Below the pieces are notes generated by a model. That model did no database searches, had not been told where the DNA came from, and was given only the letters and a program-made list of their open reading frames with translations. DNA of 21,943 bases, taken from positions 1-21,943 of the forward strand of contig JACQVH010000215.1 in assembly GCA_016209895.1 (NCBI GenBank). The letters run 5' to 3'. Made by a program: the position numbers and the translations under genes. This stretch comes from Candidatus Hydrogenedentota bacterium. Its GTDB lineage: Bacteria > Hydrogenedentota > Hydrogenedentia > Hydrogenedentales > SLHB01. Shown in pieces: positions 8,147-15,674 of the stretch (position 1 is its first letter; every line of letters starts with the position of its first letter).

Positions 8147-8959
8147 GTGAAAAAGAAAATTGCAGCTACCATAGTGCTGGCGGTAGGAGTTCTATGCCTG
8201 GTCTTGATGTATCAGTTCTTGCCGGAGCGGATCACGAAAGAGCGCAGCCAAGAAGCGCGGGCCGTGCTGGACCGTCTGGCCAAGGTCAACGCGCAAGCCG
8301 TGGCCAAGGACGAACAAACGCAATCTACAACCGAAACCCGGGAAACCGAAGAATCTGCCGATGCCTCCTCCGATTCCACAGCACCGCCGGCTCCGGCCTC
8401 GGGCGGCGAGGCGGCTCACGAAATCAAGATGGAAGGAGTCCCCGACATGTTCAAAGTGCGATTCGAGTGTTCCAACGGCACGTTCGAGGTCGAGTGTCAT
8501 AAAGAGTGGGCCCCTCGCGGCGTACAACGGTTTTACACACTTATCAAAGAAGGGTTCTACAACGACTGCCGCTTCTTCCGCGTCGTCCCCAACTTCGTCG
8601 TCCAGTTCGGTATCGCGGGCGACCCGGCGATCAATGCCAAATGGAGCGAGGCGACGTTTCCAGACGATCCGGTGACGCAGCAAAACGTCGAAGGCATGCT
8701 CACCTTCGCCAAATCCGGGATGCCGCATAGCCGCAGCACACAACTTTTCGTCAATACCAAAAACAATTCATCGGGGTTGGACAGTATGGGATTTGCTCCC
8801 ATCGGCAAAGTCATTAGCGGTATGGAAGTTGTCAAGGCCATAAATGCGAAGCACGGCGAGAAACCGAATCAAATGAGAATCCAGCAGCGCGGAAACGCTT
8901 ATCTGAATGAACAATTCCCGGACCTCGACTACGTAAAGACGGCGACGATAATCGAGTAG
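8147..8959 (+). CDS. Cyclophilin-type peptidyl-prolyl cis-trans isomerase with N-terminal membrane anchor and acidic low-complexity linker
   Basis: GTG start with GGAGGT 6 nt upstream. N-terminal KKKIAATIVLAVGVLCLVLMY anchor, a Thr/Glu/Ser-rich linker, then a cyclophilin-like domain (FKVRFECSNGTFEVE..., FFRVVPNFVVQFGIAGDP, MLTFAKSGMPHSRSTQLFVNT, GKVISGMEVVKAI). Confidence 0.75.
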   Translation: MKKKIAATIVLAVGVLCLVLMYQFLPERITKERSQEARAVLDRLAKVNAQAVAKDEQTQSTTETRETEESADASSDSTAPPAPASGGEAAHEIKMEGVPDMFKVRFECSNGTFEVECHKEWAPRGVQRFYTLIKEGFYNDCRFFRVVPNFVVQFGIAGDPAINAKWSEATFPDDPVTQQNVEGMLTFAKSGMPHSRSTQLFVNTKNNSSGLDSMGFAPIGKVISGMEVVKAINAKHGEKPNQMRIQQRGNAYLNEQFPDLDYVKTATIIE

Positions 8960-9197
8960 TCACGTCAGCAACGCGCCCCCGTGGTGGAAGGAGTCATCGC
9001 GGAGATCAAACACGGGATGAGTATCCGGAAGGGGAGCCTCCCGGCTGTGGCGGAACCTCCTGGATAAGGTAAGTGTGCAGATGCGTTCCGTGTCACAAAA
9101 TGCCGGTGTGGCGTGCCCCGCCTCGAGACATGAGAGTACGCAAGAGCCCGCACGCCGGCGTTGCACTCAACTTCGGAGGTCAAATGGAGACTAACGG

Positions 9198-9485
9198 ATG
9201 CGCGATAGAGACAAGGTGATCCGGCTCATTTATGCCGCCGTGGACGAAATCAACGAGACCTTGCCCCAGGAACGGCAAGTCACGAAGTCCGTCGAGACCG
9301 TCCTGTTTGGTCGTTCGAGCACGCTGGAATCGCTCGATTTGGTAGGCCTTATTGTGAGTCTCGAAGAGAAGCTCCAGGAGGAATTCGATACTTCGTTCAC
9401 GCTGGCAGATGAGCGCGCCATGTCGCAGCAGCGCAGTCCGTTCCGCAATATCGGAACGCTCGCGGACTATATTTCGGAATTCTGA
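9198..9485 (+). CDS. Acyl carrier protein (dedicated carrier of the downstream cassette)
   Basis: 95 aa, acidic, four-helix ACP-like layout. Phosphopantetheine attachment context LESLDLVGLIVSLEEKL (DSL-type serine). First gene of a tightly packed five-gene + strand cluster. Confidence 0.7.
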   Translation: MRDRDKVIRLIYAAVDEINETLPQERQVTKSVETVLFGRSSTLESLDLVGLIVSLEEKLQEEFDTSFTLADERAMSQQRSPFRNIGTLADYISEF

Positions 9486-9494
9486 GGCGGTCTT

Positions 9495-10196
9495 ATGGAC
9501 GATGCTCAGACCATGGTGATTACGGGAACCCGAAAGGGAATTGGCCGATATCTGGTCGAGTACTACGCCGCCCGGGGCTGGCAGGTCATCGGGTGCAGCC
9601 GGGAGCCGGTGGATTTTTCGCTGCCGAATTATGAACACTACTGCCTTAGCGTGTCCGATGAGAGCGCCGTTTCGACCATGTTCGCCGCAATTCGGAAGAA
9701 GCACGGTCGGCTCGATGTGCTCATCAACAACGCCGGGATTGCCTCCATGAATCACGTCCTGCTCACTCCAATTCGGACCGTCCAGGATATACTCAACACC
9801 AACGTGGTCGGCACATTCCTATTCTGCCGGGAAGCGGCGAAGCTGATGAGAAAGCACCGCTATGGGCGTATCGTGAACTTCGCCACGGTCGCAACGCCGC
9901 TGAAACTCGAGGGAGAAGCCATGTATGCGGCTTCGAAGGCGGCGGTGGAAAGTTTGACACAAGTGCTTTCCCGGGAACTCGCTGATTTTGGTATCACCGT
10001 CAATGCCGTTGGGCCGACTCCGGTGAAGACCGACCTGATCCGCTCCGTGCCGCAGGAAAAAATGACCGCGCTCATAAACCGCCAGGCGATCCGGCGATAC
10101 GGGGAATTTCAGGACATCTCGAATGCGATTGATTTCTTTATCCGGCCCGAGAGCGATTTCGTCACGGGCCAGATTCTGTACCTCGGAGGCGTCTAG
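9495..10196 (+). CDS. Short-chain dehydrogenase/reductase (FabG-like 3-oxoacyl-ACP reductase family)
   Basis: N-terminal TGTRKGIG Rossmann motif, NNAG motif (VLINNAGIA), catalytic YAASK (Y-x3-K) and PTPVKTD. GAGG RBS upstream; 9 nt after the ACP gene. Confidence 0.85.
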   Translation: MDDAQTMVITGTRKGIGRYLVEYYAARGWQVIGCSREPVDFSLPNYEHYCLSVSDESAVSTMFAAIRKKHGRLDVLINNAGIASMNHVLLTPIRTVQDILNTNVVGTFLFCREAAKLMRKHRYGRIVNFATVATPLKLEGEAMYAASKAAVESLTQVLSRELADFGITVNAVGPTPVKTDLIRSVPQEKMTALINRQAIRRYGEFQDISNAIDFFIRPESDFVTGQILYLGGV

Positions 10197-11539
10197 TGCA
10201 TATAGATTTCCTGCTGAAGGTGTTCGAGGAGGCGGGAGACCACGAGGCCCTGATTTGGAAAGACCAGCCGTATACCTACACGTGGCTGTTGGCACGCATT
10301 GCGGAATGGCGGGACGAAATCTGTCGGCAAAGCGTACCGCCCGGCGCGGTAACGGTTCTCGAAGGGGATTTTTCTCCCAACGCGGTGGCCCTGTTTCTGG
10401 CGCTGGTCGAGTCGGGGTGTATTCTGGTTCCGCTGACCCCGTCAGTGGCCGCGCAGAAACAGGAATTCATGGAGATTGCCCAAGCCGAATTCACATTCGT
10501 GGCCACGGGTGGCGACTCTCTTGAGCTTCGACGTTTGGGTCGCTCCGCCGACCATCCTATTTTCCAGACCTTACGCCAAAAGAACCATCCCGGTCTCGTT
10601 CTGTTCTCATCGGGAAGCACGGGCAAGAGCAAGGGAGCGGTACACGATCTCTCTCACTTGCTCAAGAAATTCCGGACGCGCCGTCACAATCTTCGTACCT
10701 TGACCTTTCTGCTCTTCGATCACATCGGCGGCTTGGATACGCTCTTCTACTCGCTATCCAATGGCAGTTGTGTCATTACGGTCGAGGATCGCAGTCCGGA
10801 CGCGGTCTGCCGCGCCGTCGAGCGTTTCAACGTCGAGGTATTGCCGGTCACACCGACCTTCTTAAATTTGCTGATACTTAGTGAGTCCTTTCAGCGCTTC
10901 TCACTGGCTTCGCTAAAGTACATTACTTACGGCACGGAAGTGATGCCGGAAAGTACGCTCAAAAGGTGCGCTGAACTGTTTCCGCAGGTTACATTGCTTC
11001 AGAAATACGGCACCACCGAGGTTGGTACGCTGCGCTCCAAGTCGAAGAGCTCCGATTCGCTGTGGGTCAAGGTAGGTGGCGAAGGCTATCAGACGCGCGT
11101 GGTGGACGGCATTCTCCAGATTAAGGCGGAATCGGCCATGGTGGGTTACCTCAACGCACCTAGCCCGTTCACCGAGGACGGCTGGTTCATTACCGGCGAT
11201 GCCGTCGAGGTAGACGGAGAGTACCTGCGCTTCTTAGGCCGGAAGACCGAGATCATAAACGTGGGAGGGGAGAAGGTTTATCCGGCGGAAGTGGAGAGCA
11301 TCGTCCAGTCTGTACCGAACGTTTCGGAAGTGACGGTGTACGGCGAAAAGAACCCGCTGGTCGGAAATATCGTGTGCGCGAAGGTGACGCTGCAAGAACC
11401 TGAGGACCCCAAACAATTCGCAGTTCGGCTAAAGAAATTCTGCCGGGAACGGTTGCAGAGTTACAAAGTGCCGGTGAAGGTGGCAGTAGTTGAGACCAAG
11501 CAACACACGGAAAGGTTCAAGAAGGCTCGTCGCGCATGA
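10196..11539 (+). CDS. AMP-dependent synthetase/ligase (short adenylate-forming enzyme, acyl-ACP/CoA ligase-like)
   Basis: GTG start overlaps the SDR stop (TAGTG). AMP-binding signature LFSSGSTGKSKGAV, YGTTEVG motif, hinge GDAVEVDGEYLRFLGRKTEII, C-terminal YKVPVKV. 447 aa, i.e. a compact adenylation enzyme similar in size to DltA-like carrier-protein ligases. Confidence 0.85.
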   Translation: MHIDFLLKVFEEAGDHEALIWKDQPYTYTWLLARIAEWRDEICRQSVPPGAVTVLEGDFSPNAVALFLALVESGCILVPLTPSVAAQKQEFMEIAQAEFTFVATGGDSLELRRLGRSADHPIFQTLRQKNHPGLVLFSSGSTGKSKGAVHDLSHLLKKFRTRRHNLRTLTFLLFDHIGGLDTLFYSLSNGSCVITVEDRSPDAVCRAVERFNVEVLPVTPTFLNLLILSESFQRFSLASLKYITYGTEVMPESTLKRCAELFPQVTLLQKYGTTEVGTLRSKSKSSDSLWVKVGGEGYQTRVVDGILQIKAESAMVGYLNAPSPFTEDGWFITGDAVEVDGEYLRFLGRKTEIINVGGEKVYPAEVESIVQSVPNVSEVTVYGEKNPLVGNIVCAKVTLQEPEDPKQFAVRLKKFCRERLQSYKVPVKVAVVETKQHTERFKKARRA

Positions 11540-12468
11540 GCCGGAAAATCCGCTGGCCCGACGGGAGAGCTTTTGCCTTCACCGTTTTCGATGACACGGA
11601 CCGGGCGACTGCCGAGAATATCCGGGAAGTTTATGCGTTCCTGAAGGACCTCGGGATGTTCACGACGAAGTCGGTCTGGCCCATTCGCGGGAAGGAAACG
11701 CCTCGCATCGGCGGCGCGACGTGTGATGATGGGGATTACTGCGACTTCGTGCGACGCCTGCACGCGGAAGGCTTCGAGATTGGTTTTCATAATGCGACCT
11801 TCCATAGCTCTTGTCGGGAGGACACGATTCGCGGTCTGGACACGTTCGCCCGTTATTTCGGCCACGACCCGGCAACCCATGCCAATCATGCCGATAATGC
11901 GGAGGCGATCTATTGGGGCGAAGATCGCCTGTCCGGAATGTATCGCGCCGGATACAATCTGCTCACTCAGTTTCGGAATCGAGGGCGTTTCCGCGGTCAT
12001 CGGGAAGGCGACCCGTGTTTTTGGGGCGACGTCTGCAAATCCCGGATTAAGTACGTCCGGAACTTTGTCTATTCGGAAATGAATACTCTTCGACTCTGCC
12101 CGTTTATGCCGTATCACGATCCGCAGCGCCCTTACGTCAACTATTGGTTCGCGTCTTCCGAGGGCCCGGAGGTGGGCGCTTTTAATGGCTGTGTCGCTGA
12201 GGCGGCCCAGGACCGCCTCGAAGCCGAAGGTGGCGCCTGCATTATGTACACGCATTTCGCCTACGGTTTTCAGGAAGGACGTGATCTTCAACCGCGCTTC
12301 GAGCGACTCCTGCGCCGCTTGGCCGGTAAGAACGGATGGTTTGTTCCCGTGTCACGGCTATTGGATTTCCTCCTGGAACACAATGGACGCAACGTGATCA
12401 CGGACCGGGAGCGCGCAAGTCTCGAACGGCGCTGGCTTTTCAACAAGGTTTTTAGAGGAACGTCGTAA
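11536..12468 (+). CDS. Polysaccharide deacetylase-like protein (CE4 / NodB-homology fold), putative
   Basis: ATGA overlap with the ligase gene. FAFTVFDDTD resembles NodB motif 1 (TFDD). GFEIGFHNATFHS resembles motif 2 (H-x-x-x-H metal ligands). Length (310 aa) fits the family. Assignment rests on motif resemblance only. Confidence 0.5.
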   Translation: MSRKIRWPDGRAFAFTVFDDTDRATAENIREVYAFLKDLGMFTTKSVWPIRGKETPRIGGATCDDGDYCDFVRRLHAEGFEIGFHNATFHSSCREDTIRGLDTFARYFGHDPATHANHADNAEAIYWGEDRLSGMYRAGYNLLTQFRNRGRFRGHREGDPCFWGDVCKSRIKYVRNFVYSEMNTLRLCPFMPYHDPQRPYVNYWFASSEGPEVGAFNGCVAEAAQDRLEAEGGACIMYTHFAYGFQEGRDLQPRFERLLRRLAGKNGWFVPVSRLLDFLLEHNGRNVITDRERASLERRWLFNKVFRGTS

Positions 12469-12477
12469 TCGCACACT

Positions 12478-13587
12478 ATGGCCTTCAAGATCGTCCCCTA
12501 TACGGATGAACATGTTGCGGCCGTGCGCGAGTTTAACCGGCGGCTGCGTGAAGGCGGGGTCGCTTTTGCGATGCCTGAGTTGCCCGTTCCCGACTGGTTG
12601 CCGATGTTAGCCGATCGGCGAATCTTCCAGGAGTATTACGTGCTCTTGGAGGACACGGTGGTTCGAGGCGGCTACGTGCTGAAGCACCAGGATTTCTTTT
12701 TGTCGGGAGAGGTGCTATCTATTGCAGACTATCGGATGCCCATATCAGAGGGCGTCGTTGACAAGGCATATAATCTGGTCGGCGTTCAACTGCTCACGGA
12801 TGCTTTGAAAAGACAGCCCGTGATGTACGGCCTTGGAATGGGCGGTTTCGACCAACCCATCGCCAAGATGCTGAAGGCCATGGGCTGGACGATGTTCGCC
12901 GTCCCGTTCTTCTTCTGGGTCAATCATCCGTTTCGCTTCTTGCGGAATATCGTGGCGCTGCGCAAGAGCGCGATGCGGCGTTTCCTTCTCGATCTATTGG
13001 CCGTTTCCGGACTGGGTTGGCTCGGAATCAAATTACTCCACTGGTTTCGACGTGAAAAATGGCATGAGTCGTGGGCATGGGAAACGCTCCCTCAGTTCGG
13101 GAGTTGGGCGGATGAATTATGGGAAGCCTGTAAGAACCAACACCCGCTGGCCGCGGTCCGTGACGCGGCGACGCTCAACATCCTATATCCTCCCGAAAAG
13201 AAAGAATTCATTAAGCTGAAGGTGTCCAGCGGAGACCGCGTCGTGGGCTGGGCCGTGCTGCTGAATACGCCCATGATCGGACACAAGCAGTTTGGAAACA
13301 TGCGGGTTGGGACGGTCGTAGACTGCCTTGCCTTGTCGAACCACAAACCGAAAGTAGTGTTCGCCGCGGTGGAGTGCCTGACTGCCGCCAGTGCTGATAT
13401 TGTCATTACCAACCAGTCCGATCAGAACTGGTGCGCCGCATTTCGTCGCACAGGCTTTCTCAGCGGCCCGTCAAACTTCATCTTCGCCGCGTCCAAGAAG
13501 CTCGCCGCGCACTTACAGCCGTTCGATGAGAAAAAGAACTCCATCCATATGACCCGCGGCGACGGCGACGGACCGATACATTTGTGA
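12478..13587 (+). CDS. Hypothetical protein, possibly a FemAB/BioF2-like GNAT-fold acyltransferase
   Basis: 369-aa ORF, 9 nt after the deacetylase-like gene. No SD, but it is the first in-frame ATG after an in-frame stop. Size and position (next to a CE4 deacetylase-like gene) match FemAB-related proteins of PEP-CTERM-type loci. I cannot see an unambiguous motif, so the function is tentative. Confidence 0.4.
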   Translation: MAFKIVPYTDEHVAAVREFNRRLREGGVAFAMPELPVPDWLPMLADRRIFQEYYVLLEDTVVRGGYVLKHQDFFLSGEVLSIADYRMPISEGVVDKAYNLVGVQLLTDALKRQPVMYGLGMGGFDQPIAKMLKAMGWTMFAVPFFFWVNHPFRFLRNIVALRKSAMRRFLLDLLAVSGLGWLGIKLLHWFRREKWHESWAWETLPQFGSWADELWEACKNQHPLAAVRDAATLNILYPPEKKEFIKLKVSSGDRVVGWAVLLNTPMIGHKQFGNMRVGTVVDCLALSNHKPKVVFAAVECLTAASADIVITNQSDQNWCAAFRRTGFLSGPSNFIFAASKKLAAHLQPFDEKKNSIHMTRGDGDGPIHL

Positions 13588-13590
13588 AAT

Positions 13591-13758
13591 GAGCAATGAG
13601 CAACGAGCAATGAGTCACGAGAGACAAGTATCGAGTACCGAGTGACGAGTAACAAGCAATCAGGGACCAAGAACCGGAAACCGGAAGCTCCGAACCAGGG
13701 ACCAGAAACCAGAAGCCAGGGACCATCCACTAGCCACTGACCACTGGTCACTGAACAC
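13591..13758. repeat. Array of 24 phased degenerate heptanucleotide tandem repeats (consensus nAGnnAC; units GAGCAAT, GAGTGAC, CAGGGAC, CAGAAAC, CGGAAAC, TGACCAC ...) filling the entire gap between convergent genes
   Basis: Read directly. From 13591 the sequence parses without slippage into 24 consecutive 7-mers. 21 of the 24 end in C and 19 carry A at position 6. It begins 4 nt after the TGA of the + gene and ends at the stop codon of the - strand Dabb gene (13758-13760). Confidence 0.85.
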
Positions 13759-14168
13759 TACTCTTTCGGCCAGTAGTCGATCACCCAGATTTTCTCGAGA
13801 AACGGTCGGGCCATGGCGACGAAATCCTGGTGGGCTTGGTGGGCGCGGTACGCTTCCATGGATTCGACGTCGTGGAAGGTTAGGAGAAAGCAGTGGGTGA
13901 AGCCTTCAGCGCGGGACTGGGCGTTCACGTCCGTGCCCCATTCGAAATCGCGGATTTCGGCGATCTTAGCCGGTAGTTGGCGAAACGCGTTCTCTATCGT
14001 AGCAATCTGTTCCGGCGACGTGCCCTCTTTGAACTTGAACAGGACCACGTGGCGCAACAGGGAATGATCTTGTGTCGGCGACGTAGCGACGACCGAGCCC
14101 TTGATCGAAATGCAGGCAGGTAACAACAACCCGGTCAAAGCGATTGACAACCACAAACTTCGCTTCAT
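13758..14168 (-). CDS. Dabb-family (stress-responsive dimeric alpha/beta-barrel) protein with lipoprotein-type signal peptide
   Basis: Real gene is the C-terminal 136 codons of ORF 13758..14735: MKRSLWLSIALTGLLLPAC (lipobox LLPAC), then HVVLFKFKEGTSPEQIATIENAFRQL...HQDFVAM, typical of the Dabb/stress-responsive protein fold. Its ATG overlaps the TGA of the upstream membrane-protein gene (ATGA at 14165-14168). The long N-terminal extension in the ORF track is out-of-frame overlap with that gene and was rejected. Confidence 0.7.
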   Translation of the reverse strand: MKRSLWLSIALTGLLLPACISIKGSVVATSPTQDHSLLRHVVLFKFKEGTSPEQIATIENAFRQLPAKIAEIRDFEWGTDVNAQSRAEGFTHCFLLTFHDVESMEAYRAHQAHQDFVAMARPFLEKIWVIDYWPKE

Positions 14169-15106
14169 TGCCGTTCCTCCTTGCTTAGCCGGTTGATTTC
14201 CCGAAAGGCGGGAGACACTTCTTCCAATCGAGATTCGGCAGCCGGGTCCGCGCCTTGGTCCTCGGCGGCGTCGAGTTGATTGATCGCAACCGCCGTGAGG
14301 GCAATCGGATCGAAGACAATCCATTTCACCATGAAGCTCAACACCACGGCGGTGAGAAAAAACACCAACCGCATCGTGCTCCATCCGGTACTTGCCGGCA
14401 AGAACATGGCGATACTTCCGAGGGGAACGAGGAAAAGCACCGTGAGCGGGACCAATAGCGCATAGCCGACGGCGCAAAATAACGCCGCGAGACGTAGCGA
14501 GTCCGATCCGGAATGGGCGTACTTGACCACCGAATCCTTTACGGTAGTGAAAACTTCCCGACTTTCCGTTCGAAACACCTTGGCCAGAATCACGTATGGC
14601 AGGTAAATCAGAGCGCCATTCGCGGCAAGTTTCGCCAGCTTGGGAGAACCGGCAAGCCTCGCGATTGGTACCAGTGACTCCAGGGAGAGTACCGAACGAT
14701 GGGTATCGCGCAGTGCGCGGAGAACGAGGCCACACAGTTGCCCAGCGCCGGTCGCGCTACGGAACCTGTCCGACACACGGGAACGCGCCCAGTTCGGTTC
14801 CGAGACGCCCCACGGCAACTGGCCTTCGTTGAGGATTTCCGTAATCAACGCGAGGTAGCCCAGCTTGATGGATGCGAACGGATCGAATCCGGCGTAGCGC
14901 GCCGCGAGGGGCAGTGCGCTCAAGACTGCGGAGAGAATGAAGAGGAGCAAGCTTGCGCCAAAGCCGAATGCCAGCCCGACGAAGCCGAGGATCATCAAGT
15001 ACGCGATCACACCTGCGCCGACCACGCCGTAAATCCCAGCCCGGTAGATCAAGTACTGCATCGGCTGGAACGCGATCTGCACCACCCGGCCCCAGTTGAC
15101 ATCCAT
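14165..15106 (-). CDS. Hypothetical polytopic integral membrane protein (about 313 aa)
   Basis: ORF 14165..15133. The second ATG (MDVNWGRV.., 15104-15106) is preceded by AAGGAGGACAGGACG, a strong SD at correct spacing. At least 6 hydrophobic helices and an acidic C-terminal tail. Overlaps the start of the Dabb gene by the 4-nt ATGA. Confidence 0.6.
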   Translation of the reverse strand: MDVNWGRVVQIAFQPMQYLIYRAGIYGVVGAGVIAYLMILGFVGLAFGFGASLLLFILSAVLSALPLAARYAGFDPFASIKLGYLALITEILNEGQLPWGVSEPNWARSRVSDRFRSATGAGQLCGLVLRALRDTHRSVLSLESLVPIARLAGSPKLAKLAANGALIYLPYVILAKVFRTESREVFTTVKDSVVKYAHSGSDSLRLAALFCAVGYALLVPLTVLFLVPLGSIAMFLPASTGWSTMRLVFFLTAVVLSFMVKWIVFDPIALTAVAINQLDAAEDQGADPAAESRLEEVSPAFREINRLSKEERQ

Positions 15107-15203
15107 CGTCCTGTCCTCCTTCCAGCACTGCATCCGGCGACCGCACCAACGAGACTATTCTCCGTATTTTCTTCCCCGGAGTCCAACTTTGTGCCAATTG
15201 GGG

Positions 15204-15312
15204 GTAAGGGACGAAAGGGACCCATGTAAGGGACCCAAAGGACTCTGTTCTTCCGGGCACGGAGGAGGAGAAGGACGGCAACGACGCCAAGGACAACGAC
15301 GACACCAGGGAC
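15204..15312. repeat. Cluster of direct repeats of AAGGGAC(C) / AAGGAC / CAGGGACC (at least 7 copies) in the 207-nt gap between the ferredoxin stop and the membrane-protein start
   Basis: Read directly: TAAGGGAC 15205-15212, AAGGGACCC 15215-15223, TAAGGGACCC 15227-15236, AAAGGAC 15237-15243, GAAGGAC 15273-15279, CAAGGAC 15291-15297, CCAGGGACC 15303-15311. The word AGGGACC is also a recurrent unit of the heptad arrays at 13591-13758 and 15675-15765. Confidence 0.45.
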
Positions 15313-15313
15313 C

Positions 15314-15673
15314 TTATGCCGGCGAAGGACGTTCGACAACCGGTGGCGGTGACTGAGTGGTCACGTTTGATGGCTGGCCGTCGAGGGTGGCGATAATTGA
15401 CTCGAGCAGATACTCCAATTCCGCTTCCGATACGTGGCTGAACCAACGGTTTTCTGGGAAGACCATCAGGTTGGGACCATGCTCGCACTTATCCTGGCAG
15501 CCGGACTGGCTCACGCGGATTTTGCTCTGAAGGTTCCGCGCTTTGACCATGCTTTTCAATTTATCGCGGAGTTCTTTGCCGCCTTTATTGGCACAGCATT
15601 CACGCTCGCCCGGCTCGCGCTGGTTGCAACAAACGAAGACGATCTTCTGAAATGGGAGGGCATGTTCTAGCAT
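15314..15673 (-). CDS. Thioredoxin-like [2Fe-2S] ferredoxin family protein
   Basis: 119 aa with the cysteine pattern of thioredoxin-like 2Fe-2S ferredoxins / NuoE-like proteins: IVFVCCNQR...GERECCANKGG...SGCQDKCEHGPNLMVFP. Start ATG at 15671-15673. The upstream 48 nt consist entirely of heptad repeats that supply an AGGAA SD-like sequence. Confidence 0.65.
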   Translation of the reverse strand: MLEHALPFQKIVFVCCNQREPGERECCANKGGKELRDKLKSMVKARNLQSKIRVSQSGCQDKCEHGPNLMVFPENRWFSHVSEAELEYLLESIIATLDGQPSNVTTQSPPPVVERPSPA

Positions 15674-15674
15674 A

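Noticed and set aside
9180-9755. 191-aa ORF on the minus strand spanning the ACP and SDR genes
   Set aside because: Antisense to two well-supported genes with clear catalytic motifs. A long antisense ORF of this kind is expected by chance in high-GC DNA. No RBS or recognisable domain.
10276-10292. Sigma-54-like TTGGCACGCATTGCGG motif
   Set aside because: The GG to GC spacing is one nucleotide short of the -24/-12 consensus, and the motif lies inside the AMP-ligase coding region with no downstream gene start.
13422-13751. Minus-strand ORFs (109 and 82 aa) reading through the 24-unit heptad array, giving a peptide with a 7-residue period (LVDGPWL LVSGPWF ... LVTRYSI LVSRDSL)
   Set aside because: The apparent protein heptad periodicity is an automatic consequence of translating a 7-nt DNA repeat in any frame. 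Unit variation follows the 7-nt register rather than a 21-nt codon-constrained register. The ORF would also overlap the 3' end of the FemAB-like gene and has no start context.
13591-13758. Possibility that the heptad arrays are CRISPR arrays or a minisatellite-encoded gene
   Set aside because: The unit length is 7 nt with no unique spacers and there are no cas genes, so it is not CRISPR. The 7-nt period cannot encode a regular protein repeat under selection.
14169-14735. Long N-terminal extension of the Dabb ORF (13758..14735 as given in the ORF track)
   Set aside because: The extension overlaps the membrane-protein gene out of frame and translates to Arg/Gly-rich low-complexity sequence. 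A proper Met-Lys-Arg lipoprotein signal with lipobox begins at 14168, exactly at an ATGA junction with the upstream gene.
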